NCBI GenBank assembly: GCA_965140705.1
Contig: OZ223302.1
Coordinates: 352,001 to 416,000, forward strand
DNA from: an uncultured Arcobacter sp.
GTDB taxonomy: Bacteria > Campylobacterota > Campylobacteria > Campylobacterales > Arcobacteraceae
DNA length: 64,000 bases
Reading direction: 5' to 3'
Shown here one piece after another: positions 1 through 10,519 of the stretch. The number at the start of each line of letters is the position of its first letter. Position 1 is the first letter of the stretch. A program made the position numbers and the translations under genes. The notes beneath the pieces were generated by a model that saw nothing but the letters and a program-made list of their open reading frames with translations, was not told where the DNA came from and ran no database searches.

Positions 1-416
1 GTTGTAAGCATATGAACCTCATCGATTATAAATACTTTAAATCTAGCACTACTTGGTTTATATTTTGTATGTTCAATTAAATCTTTAATATCATCAATAC
101 CCCTATTACTAGCAGCATCCATTTCTATGATATCTAAGTGACGATTAGTATTTGCACTTACACAGTTTTCACATACTTCACAAGGTTTTGAAGTGGGACC
201 ATTTGAACACAACAGAGCTTTTGCCATAATTCTAGCAGTTGAAGTTTTTCCACTTCCTCTAAGTCCTGAAAACAAATATGCATGTGATAATCTATTTGAG
301 TCTAATGCTAATGATAGTGTTTGAGAAACTGTTCCTTGTCCAACTAAATCTTCAAATCTTTTTGGTCTATATTTTAAGGCTAAAACTCTTTTTTGTGAAT
401 TTTGGTTCTCACTCAT
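1..416 (-). CDS. dnaX: DNA polymerase III subunit gamma/tau, N-terminal part (runs off the window edge)
   Basis: Manual translation from ATG at 416: MSENQNSQKRVLALKYRPKRFEDLVGQ...SGLRGSGKTS (Walker A)...DIIEMDAASNRGIDDIK...IIDEVHML. Not in the ORF track; overlaps the murI stop. Confidence 0.95.
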   Translation of the reverse strand, partial: MSENQNSQKRVLALKYRPKRFEDLVGQGTVSQTLSLALDSNRLSHAYLFSGLRGSGKTSTARIMAKALLCSNGPTSKPCEVCENCVSANTNRHLDIIEMDAASNRGIDDIKDLIEHTKYKPSSARFKVFIIDEVHMLT

Positions 417-1209
417 TTATATTCCTTACCACTATTTTCCCACCATTATTCCATGAATTTAATATCTTACTTATCATTGTCTCATTTATATCTGAAGTGA
501 AGTATACATTTACTTTCAACATACCATCATTAAAATGTCCACATTTTTTAGATAAATCTTTTAATCTATTTGCAATAGCATAACCTGTCTCGATTAGATT
601 TGTATTTTCACCCATTATTTTTTTTATTACACTTTCAACTAAAGGATAATGGGTACATCCTAAAACAATAGTATCAATACCTTCTTCTTTCATAGGTTTT
701 AACCAATTTTGTAACATCTCAAAAGTCTTTTCACCTTCAATATCACCATTTTCAATTTGTTGAACTAGCCCTGGACAAGCTTGTTCATATAAAGTAATAT
801 TTGAACTTGTATTTGATAATTTATCTACAAGTAATTGATACTTTTCACCCTTTAAAGTTGCAGGTGTTGCTAAGATTCCTATTTTTCCATTTTTGCTCAA
901 AGAGATTGCTGGTTTTATACCAGGTTCTGTTCCCACAACAATTAGATTAGGAAACTCTTCTCTTAACTCTTTTATTGCAGCTGAAGTTGCTGTATTGCAA
1001 GCAACAACTAAAGCATCAATATTATGTGTTTTAACTAAATAATTTGCAATATCAAAACTATGTTTTAATATCTGCTCTTTTGACTTTTCCCCATATGGTG
1101 CAAACTTTGTATCTGCAATATAAAAAATCTCAGCACCCTTTAGTACTTCTGTTATGGCTTTAACAACTGTTAAACCACCAATTCCAGAATCAAATACGCC
1201 TACTTTCAA
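409..1209 (-). CDS. murI: glutamate racemase
   Basis: FDSGIGGLTV, ACNTAT and LGCTHYP catalytic motifs; TTG start. Confidence 0.97.
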   Translation of the reverse strand: MKVGVFDSGIGGLTVVKAITEVLKGAEIFYIADTKFAPYGEKSKEQILKHSFDIANYLVKTHNIDALVVACNTATSAAIKELREEFPNLIVVGTEPGIKPAISLSKNGKIGILATPATLKGEKYQLLVDKLSNTSSNITLYEQACPGLVQQIENGDIEGEKTFEMLQNWLKPMKEEGIDTIVLGCTHYPLVESVIKKIMGENTNLIETGYAIANRLKDLSKKCGHFNDGMLKVNVYFTSDINETMISKILNSWNNGGKIVVRNINE

Positions 1210-1324
1210 GTTATACCTTTTTTATAATAAGGGAATATTCTAGCATAAGTTTTTATATAAAATCATTAGTGAAAAGAGTATGTATTAGTTAAATTTGGAG
1301 AGGAAGGTTATTATAAAAAAGGAA

Positions 1325-1345
1325 AAGGCTTGAAAACAAGCCTTC
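1325..1345 (-). terminator. hairpin terminator after metQ
   Basis: aaggcttg-aaaa-caagcctt inverted repeat just downstream of the metQ stop. Confidence 0.65.
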
Positions 1346-1356
1346 TACTTAATATA

Positions 1357-2163
1357 TTAAAATGCAGGTATTATAGAACCTTTATATTTTTCTGTAATGA
1401 ATTTTTTTACTTCTTTTGAATTTAAAACTTCATCTAAAGCTTTAATATAAGGTTTGTTTTCATTACCCTCTTTTACAACAACAATATTTGCATATGGTGA
1501 ATTAATTGATTCTAATGCTATTGCATCTTGAATTGGATTTAATCCAGCTGGTAAAGCATAGTTTGTGTTGATAATCGCTGCATCTACTTCATCAAGTACT
1601 CTTGGTAACTGAGGAGCATCTATCTCTTCTATTTTAAGATTTTTTGGATTTGTTTTTATATCAACTGCTGTTTTTAAATCAACATCATTAAATGTTAATA
1701 AACCTTGTTCTACTAACATATCTAAAGCTCTGCTTTCATTTGTAGGATCATTTGGAACTGCAATTGTTGCACCAGCTTTTAGCTCATCTAAAGATTTGAT
1801 TTTTTTAGAATAAATTCCCATTGGCTCTAAATGTACATTTACTGTTTTTACAAGGTGAGTATTTTTATTTTTATTAAACTCTTTTAAGTATGGTAAGTGT
1901 TGGAAAAAGTTTGCATCTAATTCACCTTCGTCAACTGCTATATTAGGAGTTACATAATCAGTAAATTCAACAATTTTTAAATCATAACCTTTTGCTTTTA
2001 ATAATGGTTTTATAAACTCTAAAATCTCAGCATGGGGTACAGGAGTAGCTCCCACTTTTATAACTGTTTTTTTCTCTACTTTTTCTTCTTTAGAATCTGT
2101 ACAAGCTACAAATCCAAATACAATGGCACCTAAAAGTGCAAATTTTAAAATATTTTTAATCAT
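1357..2163 (-). CDS. metQ: methionine ABC transporter substrate-binding lipoprotein (MetQ/NlpA)
   Basis: Lipobox FVAC; FTDYVTPN, DANFFQHLPYL and PNDPTNESRAL motifs. Confidence 0.93.
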   Translation of the reverse strand: MIKNILKFALLGAIVFGFVACTDSKEEKVEKKTVIKVGATPVPHAEILEFIKPLLKAKGYDLKIVEFTDYVTPNIAVDEGELDANFFQHLPYLKEFNKNKNTHLVKTVNVHLEPMGIYSKKIKSLDELKAGATIAVPNDPTNESRALDMLVEQGLLTFNDVDLKTAVDIKTNPKNLKIEEIDAPQLPRVLDEVDAAIINTNYALPAGLNPIQDAIALESINSPYANIVVVKEGNENKPYIKALDEVLNSKEVKKFITEKYKGSIIPAF

Positions 2164-2183
2164 TTTTATCCCTTATTTTTAAT

Positions 2184-2822
2184 TTATTTTTTTGTAATTT
2201 TATATAAATAATCGCCCAAACTTTGAATTCCTTGAACCAAGGCAATAAGTATAATAACTGTATAAATCATAGTATCAGTTTGGAATCTATAATAACCATA
2301 CTTTATGGCAACATCACCTAATCCTCCTCCGCCAACAGCACCAGCCATAGCAGAAAATCCAACTACAGTAATAAGAGTCAAAGTTATAGCTGAGATTATT
2401 GAAGGTAAAGCCTCTACACACATCACTTTAAATATTATTTGCCAATCACTTGCTCCAAATGATTTTGCAGCTTCTACAACACCATTATCAACCTCTTTTA
2501 AAGCACTCTCAATAAGTCTTGCAATAAAAGGAGCAGCACCTATTGTCAAAGGAATAATTGCAGCTGTAGTACCAATACTTTTCCCTATCAAAAATTTTGT
2601 CAAAGGAAAAAGTACAATCATCAAAATAATAAAAGGGAAAGATCGTAAAGTATTTATAACAATATCTAAGATTGAATATATTTTTTGATTTTCTCTTAAT
2701 CCACCATTTGAAGTTAATATCAAAATAATTGCTAAAATAAAACCAATAACAACTGCAAAAAAAGTAGATACTAAAGACATATAAATAGTTTCACCTAAAG
2801 CTGGTAATAAAATCTCAGTCAT
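2184..2822 (-). CDS. metI: methionine ABC transporter permease
   Basis: RSFPFIIL, EAA loop, GAVGGGGLG; the ATG at 2822 overlaps the metN stop. Confidence 0.93.
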   Translation of the reverse strand: MTEILLPALGETIYMSLVSTFFAVVIGFILAIILILTSNGGLRENQKIYSILDIVINTLRSFPFIILMIVLFPLTKFLIGKSIGTTAAIIPLTIGAAPFIARLIESALKEVDNGVVEAAKSFGASDWQIIFKVMCVEALPSIISAITLTLITVVGFSAMAGAVGGGGLGDVAIKYGYYRFQTDTMIYTVIILIALVQGIQSLGDYLYKITKK

Positions 2823-3778
2823 TATAATACCTCCCAAACAATATCATGCTCTTTTAGATAATCGATTACTGGATTTTTTTGTTCATCTTTTATATTTATA
2901 ACCATATTACCTACAATATGTGTATTTATCTCTTCAAGTTTTCCCCAAACAATATCAAAATCCATATCAAGCTCTCTTGCCATTTTTGTGATAAAGGATT
3001 GGAAAACATTATCTTTGGGAAAATATATTTTTATATTTACTCCTTCATTAGGTACAACTTCTGTCTCACCTAAGAAGTGTTTCATTTGCTCATCTGGTTT
3101 TAAAAATAACTCTTCTGTATCATCAAAGCCAATAATATTTCCATGTTCTAATAATAAAGCTCTTTGAGCTATTTGTTTTACAACTTCCATCTCATGTGTT
3201 ACAAGCACTATTGTGATATTTAGTTTATTGTTAATCTCTTTTAATAAATTCAAAATCGATGTAGTAGTATTTGGGTCAAGAGCTGATGTTGCTTCATCTG
3301 ATAATAAAACATCAGGGTCTAAAGTCAAAGCTCTTGCAATAGCAACTCTTTGCTTTTGCCCTCCACTTAACTCATTTGGATAAGAATCAAGCTTTTCAGC
3401 TAAACCTACAAGAGCCAATAAATCTTTTACTTTTTTTGTAATTTCAGCTTTTGTATAACCCCAAAGTTGCATCGGTAAAGCAACATTTTCAAATACAGTT
3501 TTTCTCTGAATTAGTGAGAAGTGTTGAAAAATCATCCCGATATTTTTTCTAAAAGCTCTTAACTCTTCTTTCCCTAACTCTTTTATCTCTTTTCTATTTA
3601 CTTGTAAGGAACCATCACTATAATCTTCAAGTCCATTTATACATCTCATCAAAGTAGATTTCCCAGCACCACTGTGTCCAACGATGGCAAAAATCTCCCC
3701 TTTTTTTATATCAATAGAAATATTTTTTAAAACTTGTGTATCACCATAGTATTTATTCAAGTTTTTTATATTTATCAT
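2822..3778 (-). CDS. metN: methionine ABC transporter ATP-binding protein
   Basis: [25 protein letters not shown]-terminal NIL-like domain. Confidence 0.93.
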   Translation of the reverse strand: MINIKNLNKYYGDTQVLKNISIDIKKGEIFAIVGHSGAGKSTLMRCINGLEDYSDGSLQVNRKEIKELGKEELRAFRKNIGMIFQHFSLIQRKTVFENVALPMQLWGYTKAEITKKVKDLLALVGLAEKLDSYPNELSGGQKQRVAIARALTLDPDVLLSDEATSALDPNTTTSILNLLKEINNKLNITIVLVTHEMEVVKQIAQRALLLEHGNIIGFDDTEELFLKPDEQMKHFLGETEVVPNEGVNIKIYFPKDNVFQSFITKMARELDMDFDIVWGKLEEINTHIVGNMVINIKDEQKNPVIDYLKEHDIVWEVL

Positions 3779-3901
3779 TTCTTTTCCTTATTGAGGTGCG
3801 AATATTATAGAAAATTTCATAAAATACATGTTAAATTAAAAGTATAGTTTATTTAAAAGTTATTTTATAATAGTATATAACAAATAATATAAAGGCTATT
3901 T

Positions 3902-4558
3902 TTGTTTTTTCACTTTCATCCATACAAACCATTTCTAAATCAAGATACAGAAAAAATCATAGTAGGAACTCTACCACCTCCAAGATTTTGTACTAAAGAG
4001 TTCAAAGAAAGAGATGTAGACTTCTGTTATGGCTCAAAAGATAATCTACTTTGGCAAGCTATAAATAAAATCTATAATCTAAACCTAGCCTTTGAAAATA
4101 CAAAAGAAGAGATAAACAAAAGAAAAGAGTTTTTACTAAAGCAAAAAATAGGTATCTGTGATATTGTAGAGTCATGCAATAGAGAAAAAATAGATGCAAG
4201 TGATATTGGTATGAGTGAAATAATTCTAAGGGATATCTTAGGATATATAAAAGAGTATAAAAACATCAAAACCATAATCTTCACAGGAGGATTATGTAAA
4301 AACTCCCCAGAATATTTTCTTAGACAAATCCTAAAAAAACAGAACATAAGCCTAAAAATAGTCTTAGATAAGATACCAAAAAAACATCAATTTGAATATG
4401 ATAATAGAGTCATCCAAACCATAAGCCTAACTTCCCCATCAAATGCAGCAAATAGAAGTATAGGGGCAAATGCATATTATAAAAAGATGAAAAAAGAAAA
4501 TCCAAACTACACAACCTTTGATTTTAGACTTGAGCAGTATAAAAAAGTTTTTAAATAA
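3902..4558 (+). CDS. uracil-DNA glycosylase superfamily protein (MUG-like)
   Basis: IVGTLPP and C-terminal LTSPS motifs typical of the UDG-like fold. Confidence 0.75.
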   Translation: MFFHFHPYKPFLNQDTEKIIVGTLPPPRFCTKEFKERDVDFCYGSKDNLLWQAINKIYNLNLAFENTKEEINKRKEFLLKQKIGICDIVESCNREKIDASDIGMSEIILRDILGYIKEYKNIKTIIFTGGLCKNSPEYFLRQILKKQNISLKIVLDKIPKKHQFEYDNRVIQTISLTSPSNAANRSIGANAYYKKMKKENPNYTTFDFRLEQYKKVFK

Positions 4559-5137
4559 CTATTGCAATATCCCTTTTCGAATACTTGCATAGTTTTTCAA
4601 CGCCAATCCAACATGCCATCTAAATACCTTATCAAAGATTCTCCTAGGAACATTTGCTATTCTCAACACCTCTTCCATATCATAATCACCAAGATTTTCT
4701 TCAAGCAACTCAATTATTCGCATAACACCAAACTGAGATTTACTAGGCTTAAATCGATTTTGAAAATAAATATCCAACTCTGATTCAAAATTATCCAAAG
4801 TATTCAAAATATTTTTTTGCAAATAAACAGGCTCTTTAGCATGGTGCATAAGTTCATCCATAAACTCCTCATAAAAAAAAGAAGCCCCCGCACCCTTAAA
4901 TCTTATGACGGCTAAATTAATATTCTCAACAGATTTTATAATCACAGATTCTTCATAAGCATTGATTAACATAGCTTGAAAACTATCTAAAATAAAAGCT
5001 TCTTCATGAATAAGAACTTCACAACTAACATTTTGATTAATCAAAACAATCATCCCGCCATTTGGTTTTAATTCATAGGTATTTGTATTTTGTATTAAAT
5101 CGTATGATTCTATATATTTTTGTAATTTTTTGTGCAT
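4559..5137 (-). CDS. hypothetical protein resembling an AraC N-terminal domain with a truncated HTH
   Basis: PNGG..IRFKGAGA N-terminal domain; C-terminal RRIFDKVFRWHVGL resembles the first AraC HTH, and the protein stops soon after. Confidence 0.5.
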   Translation of the reverse strand: MHKKLQKYIESYDLIQNTNTYELKPNGGMIVLINQNVSCEVLIHEEAFILDSFQAMLINAYEESVIIKSVENINLAVIRFKGAGASFFYEEFMDELMHHAKEPVYLQKNILNTLDNFESELDIYFQNRFKPSKSQFGVMRIIELLEENLGDYDMEEVLRIANVPRRIFDKVFRWHVGLALKNYASIRKGILQ

Positions 5138-5190
5138 GGGAGTATTATAGCAAATTATTTATTTTCAAAATAGTTTTTTCTCTCTCTTGA

Positions 5191-5414
5191 AGACCTAAAG
5201 GTCTCCGCTTCTTCACTTTTTGGTGGCAAAAAGTAAAACAAAAAGCCACCAACGGCTGCGAAGCCAGAGGTTCCCTCACTTATTATTTTTCTCTTTTCTG
5301 CTTGGTAAAACTCGTTTATTAAAACTTCCATTTAGGAACTTTTAAACACTCAGACAGTTAGCAAGCTTATTTAGAAAAGAAAAAAAATAAACGCTCGGCT
5401 TCTGTAGATGTTGG
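5191..5414. repeat. highly structured non-coding element (nested inverted repeats; REP/MITE-like or ncRNA)
   Basis: agacct/aggtct; actttttg/caaaaagt; tggtggc/gccacca; long nested stem ccaac..gaagcc..ttatttttctcttttct..gcttggtaa paired with ttagcaagc..agaaaagaaaaaaaataa..ggcttc..gttgg. Confidence 0.6.
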
Positions 5415-5425
5415 GATTTAAGAAT

Positions 5426-5462
5426 AAGGACATTTGATTTCTTACTGTTTCAAATGCCTTTT
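5426..5462 (-). terminator. hairpin downstream of the helicase gene
   Basis: aaggacatttga ... tcaaatgcctt imperfect inverted repeat right after the stop at 5467. Confidence 0.5.
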
Positions 5463-5466
5463 ATAT

Positions 5467-8400
5467 TTATCCAACCGCCATTTTTGCAATATTTTTCCAA
5501 AGGAAAGGAGGTATTTCTTCTTCTAATTCCCAATTTATGCTCATTGGTTGACTACCATAATGTGATTTATAAAAGACTTTTCCTAAACAAATATAAGTCA
5601 TTGTATTCTTGTTTTTATCATGATTAGATTCTCTTACAAATAAGACTATGTTTTTGCCTTCTTTTTCATGATTTATATATGATTTTCCTTTAGGAGAATC
5701 AGGTTTTGTTGAGTTTTGGGATTGCCAATGAAAAAGCTTTTCACTAATTGCATAATCATCATACATAGTTGTAGGAGAGTATTTATCTTCTGTTTTTTCT
5801 AATGTAACAAATAATAGTTCTGTATTCTTTTCTTTTATATTTAAAACACCTTCTCTACTGCTATATTGCTTAGTAAGTGTATTTAATCCAAATGCAGATA
5901 ATATTTGTTCTCTTGTATATTTCGAATGGAGTTTAATAGGAACATTATATGGAAGTACTATATCTTTCTCTATATAATTTATTTTATCAATTAAAATTCC
6001 AATAATCTCTTTCATTTCTTTTATTAGTACTTCATTGAGTGATATTTCTTTTATTGATTCTTCTAGATTATTGAATAACTTTGGTTTCTGCCAAAAATCA
6101 TAATAAAACATCATTAACATCAATTTTTCATTTTCCGATTTTAAAATTGATAAATCAAAATTATTCTCTATCAATTTTTTTATAAACTCAAAATAACTTA
6201 AAGAATTTGATAATAACCATTTTTTCAAAATTGTTCGTACAAACTCAATTTCATTTTTTCCATCATAATTTTTAATTACTCCTGCTTCAAAGCATAAAGA
6301 AGAAAAACTCCCTCTTTTGTATATTGCCTCTGCTTCTATTTGATTGATTTGTAAAAAGTTACTAATATTCAAAGGTAAATGAGTATCGTTTTTGTAGTTT
6401 ATAATTTTATTAATCAACTTATTTTTACTTAAAGTAGTGGCTTTCTTAATATTGTTTAATATATGTTCTTTAGCTTTCTTTTCTAATATTATTGAACAAC
6501 CTAATGGTAAATGTGGAAATTCATTTTCTATCTCTTCTTTAACAGAATTATTTGTTTTACCAATTATACTTCTAAATTTACCTTCAAAATCATATTCATC
6601 TCTTGCATTACCAACAAAATCTAAAACTGTTAAGCACTCTTTGTTATCTGAAAATCTTAATCCCCGTCCCAATTGTTGTAAGAAAACAGTTAAACTCTCC
6701 GTTGGTCTTAAAAATAAAATTGTATCAATTTGAGGAATATCAACTCCTTCATTAAAAATATCTACAACAAACAAATAGTTAATCTCTTTAGATAATAGAC
6801 TTCTTTTTATATTATCTCTTATTTCTTTAGAAGTATCACCACTAACTAAATAATTAGATTTTAATCCCACTTCATTAAATTTTTTACTCATAAACTTTGC
6901 ATGTTCTTTTGATACACAAAAACCAATAGATATGACATCATGAACATTTGTTAAATATTCTTCACATTTTGAAATAATCTCCCCAACTCTATTTTCTTTA
7001 TTATAAGCTTCTGTTAATTCAGTTGGTGAATACTTCCCATTTTGCCATTTAATATTTTTTAAATCTATACTATCACTTATCCCAAAATATTGAAAAGGGC
7101 AAAGCAGTTTCCTATTTAATGCTTCAGGCAATCTAATTTCAGCTGAAATTACATCACAAAAATCAGACAATATATTTTCATTATCCATTCTTTCAGGAGT
7201 TGCTGTTAATCCCAATAAAATATTTGGATTAAACTTTTTTAATATAGGTCTATAACTATTTGCAGCGATGTGATGAACTTCATCAATAATGATAAAATCA
7301 TAATACTCTTTTGATAAATTTAAATTATCAATATTATTTTGTAAAGTTTGAACAGAAACAAAAAGATGTTCATTTGATATTGCAGTTTCTCCATCAACCC
7401 AAAGCTCACCAAAATTGTTATCTCTTAAAACTCCTCGAAAAGTTGCTAATGCCTGTTTTAATATCTCTTTTCTATGAGCTACAAAAAGTAATTTTGCTTT
7501 AGAATTTAAATTTTTAAATCTTTTATAATCAAATGCACTTATAACAGTTTTCCCTGTTCCTGTAGCTGCTACAATTAAATTTTTAAATCTATTATGTATC
7601 TTTCGTTGAGCTTCCAGTTGCTCTAAAATTTCCTCTTGATAATGAAAAGGTTTTAACTCAAAATAAGTATTAGCAATATTTTTGTCTTTTATTCCACTAC
7701 TGTTAAGCGCTTGATGTAATTTAGTTATATCTGCCTTTGTAAATGTTTCAAACTCTTTATCTTCCCAGTATGTGTCAAAAGTTTTTTTAAATTTATCTAT
7801 AACATGAGAAATTTCAGAAGTCGTTACTTTTAAATTCCATTCCAATCCACTTGTTAATGCACTTTTTGAGATATTAGAAGAACCAATATATCCAGTATGA
7901 AATCCTGTGTCTCTAAAAAAGAGATATGATTTAGCATGTAACCTTTCATTTGCCGTATTATATGAAACCTTAACTTCTGTATTTGGTAAACTGGATAAAA
8001 ATTCAACTGCTTTTAAATCTGTTGCACCCATATATGAAGTTGTGATTATTTTTAATTTTTTACCTTGTGACGTAAATTCTCGTAACTCTTTTTCAAAGAT
8101 TCTTATTCCAGCCCATTTAATAAATGAGACTAAAAAATAGATTTCATCGGAAGATAATATTTCCTTTCTTAATTCACTTTCTAAAGAAACACCTGTATTA
8201 CTTCCCGTGAACAGTTCACTTTGAGTTAATCCTGTATAAGGAGTTATTTCTTTTAAATGTTTTTCAAAATCAACTATACTACTATCAATTTTAGGAAGTA
8301 TTGCAGTTAATAAAGAAGTATTAATATCCAATAAATTTTCTGTAAAATCTTGTTTCTCAATTTCATTCTTAAGTAAATGTATTATTTTATTTACCAGTTG

Positions 8401-8601
8401 AATTTGATTTTCTATTGAATCTTCACCACTAATTGAATTTAGAGAAAAATGTATAATTTTAGATAAGTACTGAGTTAAAATAAGTGAAGCTTCGTTTTTC
8501 TCAATCTTTGAGGTTTTAATATAAAATTCTTCTTCTTTTATACTATTAAGTTTTTTTGAGATTAAATTATTTATTAATTGTTCATATACACCTGTCATCA
8601 T
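5467..8601 (-). CDS. PLD-family nuclease / SF2 DEAH helicase / DUF3427 fusion protein, probable restriction or defence enzyme
   Basis: PLD motif RLHAKSY..YIGSSN; Walker A ATGTGKT; DEVHH; LTATP; QQLGRGLR; C-terminal LFHWQSQ..LFVR typical of DUF3427. Confidence 0.85.
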   Translation of the reverse strand: MMTGVYEQLINNLISKKLNSIKEEEFYIKTSKIEKNEASLILTQYLSKIIHFSLNSISGEDSIENQIQLVNKIIHLLKNEIEKQDFTENLLDINTSLLTAILPKIDSSIVDFEKHLKEITPYTGLTQSELFTGSNTGVSLESELRKEILSSDEIYFLVSFIKWAGIRIFEKELREFTSQGKKLKIITTSYMGATDLKAVEFLSSLPNTEVKVSYNTANERLHAKSYLFFRDTGFHTGYIGSSNISKSALTSGLEWNLKVTTSEISHVIDKFKKTFDTYWEDKEFETFTKADITKLHQALNSSGIKDKNIANTYFELKPFHYQEEILEQLEAQRKIHNRFKNLIVAATGTGKTVISAFDYKRFKNLNSKAKLLFVAHRKEILKQALATFRGVLRDNNFGELWVDGETAISNEHLFVSVQTLQNNIDNLNLSKEYYDFIIIDEVHHIAANSYRPILKKFNPNILLGLTATPERMDNENILSDFCDVISAEIRLPEALNRKLLCPFQYFGISDSIDLKNIKWQNGKYSPTELTEAYNKENRVGEIISKCEEYLTNVHDVISIGFCVSKEHAKFMSKKFNEVGLKSNYLVSGDTSKEIRDNIKRSLLSKEINYLFVVDIFNEGVDIPQIDTILFLRPTESLTVFLQQLGRGLRFSDNKECLTVLDFVGNARDEYDFEGKFRSIIGKTNNSVKEEIENEFPHLPLGCSIILEKKAKEHILNNIKKATTLSKNKLINKIINYKNDTHLPLNISNFLQINQIEAEAIYKRGSFSSLCFEAGVIKNYDGKNEIEFVRTILKKWLLSNSLSYFEFIKKLIENNFDLSILKSENEKLMLMMFYYDFWQKPKLFNNLEESIKEISLNEVLIKEMKEIIGILIDKINYIEKDIVLPYNVPIKLHSKYTREQILSAFGLNTLTKQYSSREGVLNIKEKNTELLFVTLEKTEDKYSPTTMYDDYAISEKLFHWQSQNSTKPDSPKGKSYINHEKEGKNIVLFVRESNHDKNKNTMTYICLGKVFYKSHYGSQPMSINWELEEEIPPFLWKNIAKMAVG

Positions 8602-8609
8602 ATGATTAC

Positions 8610-8786
8610 TTATACATTTTCAAGAAGAAATTCTTCTAATTCTTCTTTAGTATATTCTTTTGACCCATCAAGTTCAAATATTCCACCATCATGTGCTTTA
8701 TATTCTGTATATTCTAATTTTCCATGTGAATTAATAAATCCAACAATAAACTTATCATCTTTTTCAACATATATATTTTCACACAT
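8610..8786 (-). CDS. small acidic hypothetical protein (58 aa)
   Basis: Manual translation MCENIYVEKDDKFIVGFINSHGKLEYTEYKAHDGGIFELDGSKEYTKEELEEFLLENV*; AGAAGG SD upstream; ends 8 nt before the helicase start. Confidence 0.6.
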   Translation of the reverse strand: MCENIYVEKDDKFIVGFINSHGKLEYTEYKAHDGGIFELDGSKEYTKEELEEFLLENV

Positions 8787-8862
8787 AATACAACCTTCTT
8801 TAAATAATAAATAATTATATCAATTACAAACTTTTATTATTAATAATAAAATATTCTTAAGA

Positions 8863-9004
8863 AATAGCTTTATAAAATTGACTATTTTTTAAAAGTTCAA
8901 GGCAGTGGGGTAATTTTGTGTAGGAGCATACTAAAGTATGTGAGAAACAAAATTTCCGCGCTAACGCAGAAATTTTGAAAAAGAGACAAATTTATAAAGC
9001 TATT
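8863..9004. mobile_element. MITE-like element with terminal inverted repeats
   Basis: Perfect 14-bp TIR aatagctttataaa / tttataaagctatt, extending to about 31 of 36 bp; internal catact-aa-agtatg and aattttgt/acaaaatt stems; right TIR contains the rho stop codon. Confidence 0.6.
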
Positions 9005-10343
9005 CGTTCATTCCTGCGAAGAAATCTTCATTATTCGCCGTTTTCAACATCTTACTATAAAGAAATTTCAACGCTTCTACTTCATCCATAGATGCAATTG
9101 CATTTCTTAGTATCCATGTTTTTTGTAAGATATCAGGAGTAAGAAGTAATTCTTCTTTTCTTGTACCAGATTTGATAATATCAACAGCTGGGTAAACTCT
9201 TTTATTTGAAGCTTCTCTACTTAATACAACTTCTGAATTACCTGTACCTTTGAACTCTTCGAAAATAACTTCGTCCATTTTTGAACCAGTATCAATAAGA
9301 GCAGTTGAGATAATAGTTAAAGAACCACCCTCTTCTATATTTCTAGCAGCTCCAAAGAATCTTTTTGGTTTATGTAGTGCATTTGCATCAACCCCACCTG
9401 AAAGTACTTTACCACTACTTGGAGTTACTGTATTGTATGCTCTTGCTAATCTTGTGATTGAGTCAAGTAAGATTACAACATCTTTTTTCATTTCAACCAT
9501 TCTTTTTGCTTTTTCAATAACAATTTCAGCAACTCTTACGTGATTTTGAGCAGGTAAGTCAAAAGTAGAAGAGTACACTTCACCTTTTACACTTCTTTGC
9601 ATATCTGTAACTTCTTCTGGTCTTTCATCTATTAATAAAACCATTAAGTGAGCTTCTGGGTGATTTCTTGAGATACCATGTGCTAGTTCTTTTAAAAGTT
9701 CTGTTTTACCAGTTTTTGGAGGAGCAACAATAAGTCCCCTTTGACCTTTACCCATAGGAGAGAATAAATCTAAGATTCTTCCTGTCATTTTATGTGACTC
9801 ATACTCAAATTTAAATCTTTCAGTTGAGTATAAAGGTGTTAAGTTATCAAATAGTGGTCTGTTTTTTGATTCATGAATTGGTAAGTAGTTTATGGCTTCA
9901 ATTTTAAGTAAAGCATAATATTTTTCACTCTCTTTGTTTGGAGGTCTAACTTGTCCTGTTACAATATCTCCAGTTCTTAGTGCGAACTTTTTAATTTGTG
10001 TTGCACTCACATAAGAATCATTAGATGTATCAGAAAAATTTCCATCCATAGCTCTTAAAAATCCAAATCCACCATCTTTTATTTCTAAAATACCTGTGAA
10101 AAGTATAAATCCACCTTGATCGATTTGAGTTTTCAAAATTGAGAACATTAGTTCTTGTCGTTTTAGTTCTTGAGGGTTTTCTACATCGAGTTTTTTAGCT
10201 ATTTGGAGTAGTTCTTCTAAAGGAAATTCTCTTAGTTTTTCTATCGTATGCCCTTCTACAGGGATATGAGTCCTAGTTTTTCTGCCATTAGAATTCCCTT
10301 TTGCAGGAGTATTCTTTTTAGTTTGAGTTGTTGTCTCTTCCAT
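9000..10343 (-). CDS. rho: transcription termination factor Rho
   Basis: [43 protein letters not shown]. Confidence 0.98.
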   Translation of the reverse strand: MEETTTQTKKNTPAKGNSNGRKTRTHIPVEGHTIEKLREFPLEELLQIAKKLDVENPQELKRQELMFSILKTQIDQGGFILFTGILEIKDGGFGFLRAMDGNFSDTSNDSYVSATQIKKFALRTGDIVTGQVRPPNKESEKYYALLKIEAINYLPIHESKNRPLFDNLTPLYSTERFKFEYESHKMTGRILDLFSPMGKGQRGLIVAPPKTGKTELLKELAHGISRNHPEAHLMVLLIDERPEEVTDMQRSVKGEVYSSTFDLPAQNHVRVAEIVIEKAKRMVEMKKDVVILLDSITRLARAYNTVTPSSGKVLSGGVDANALHKPKRFFGAARNIEEGGSLTIISTALIDTGSKMDEVIFEEFKGTGNSEVVLSREASNKRVYPAVDIIKSGTRKEELLLTPDILQKTWILRNAIASMDEVEALKFLYSKMLKTANNEDFFAGMNE

Positions 10344-10466
10344 TTATATTTAGACCTTTGTCATTTTCAGTAAAGTGATTTTTTGTAGTTAATTCTTGTA
10401 ATCAGAATTTTAAGTGGTGTAATTTTAGTCTTTATTTCATAAATTGTCAAATATTTTGATTTTAGT

Positions 10467-10501
10467 AAAAAAAAGGTGCCAATTTCTTGACACCTTTTTT
10501 T
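10467..10501 (-). terminator. intrinsic terminator after ahpC
   Basis: aaaaaaggtg-ccaatttcttga-cacctttttt hairpin with flanking A/T tracts. Confidence 0.7.
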
Positions 10502-10519
10502 AATAATCTAAATTAAATA

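Noticed and set aside
278..583. 101-aa + strand ORF
   Set aside because: Antisense shadow of dnaX/murI with no recognisable motifs.
5467..8601. Type I/III restriction-modification system
   Set aside because: No methyltransferase or specificity subunit is adjacent.
8578..8814. 78-aa + strand ORF
   Set aside because: The opposite-strand 58-aa ORF has an SD and operon context; this one is its shadow.
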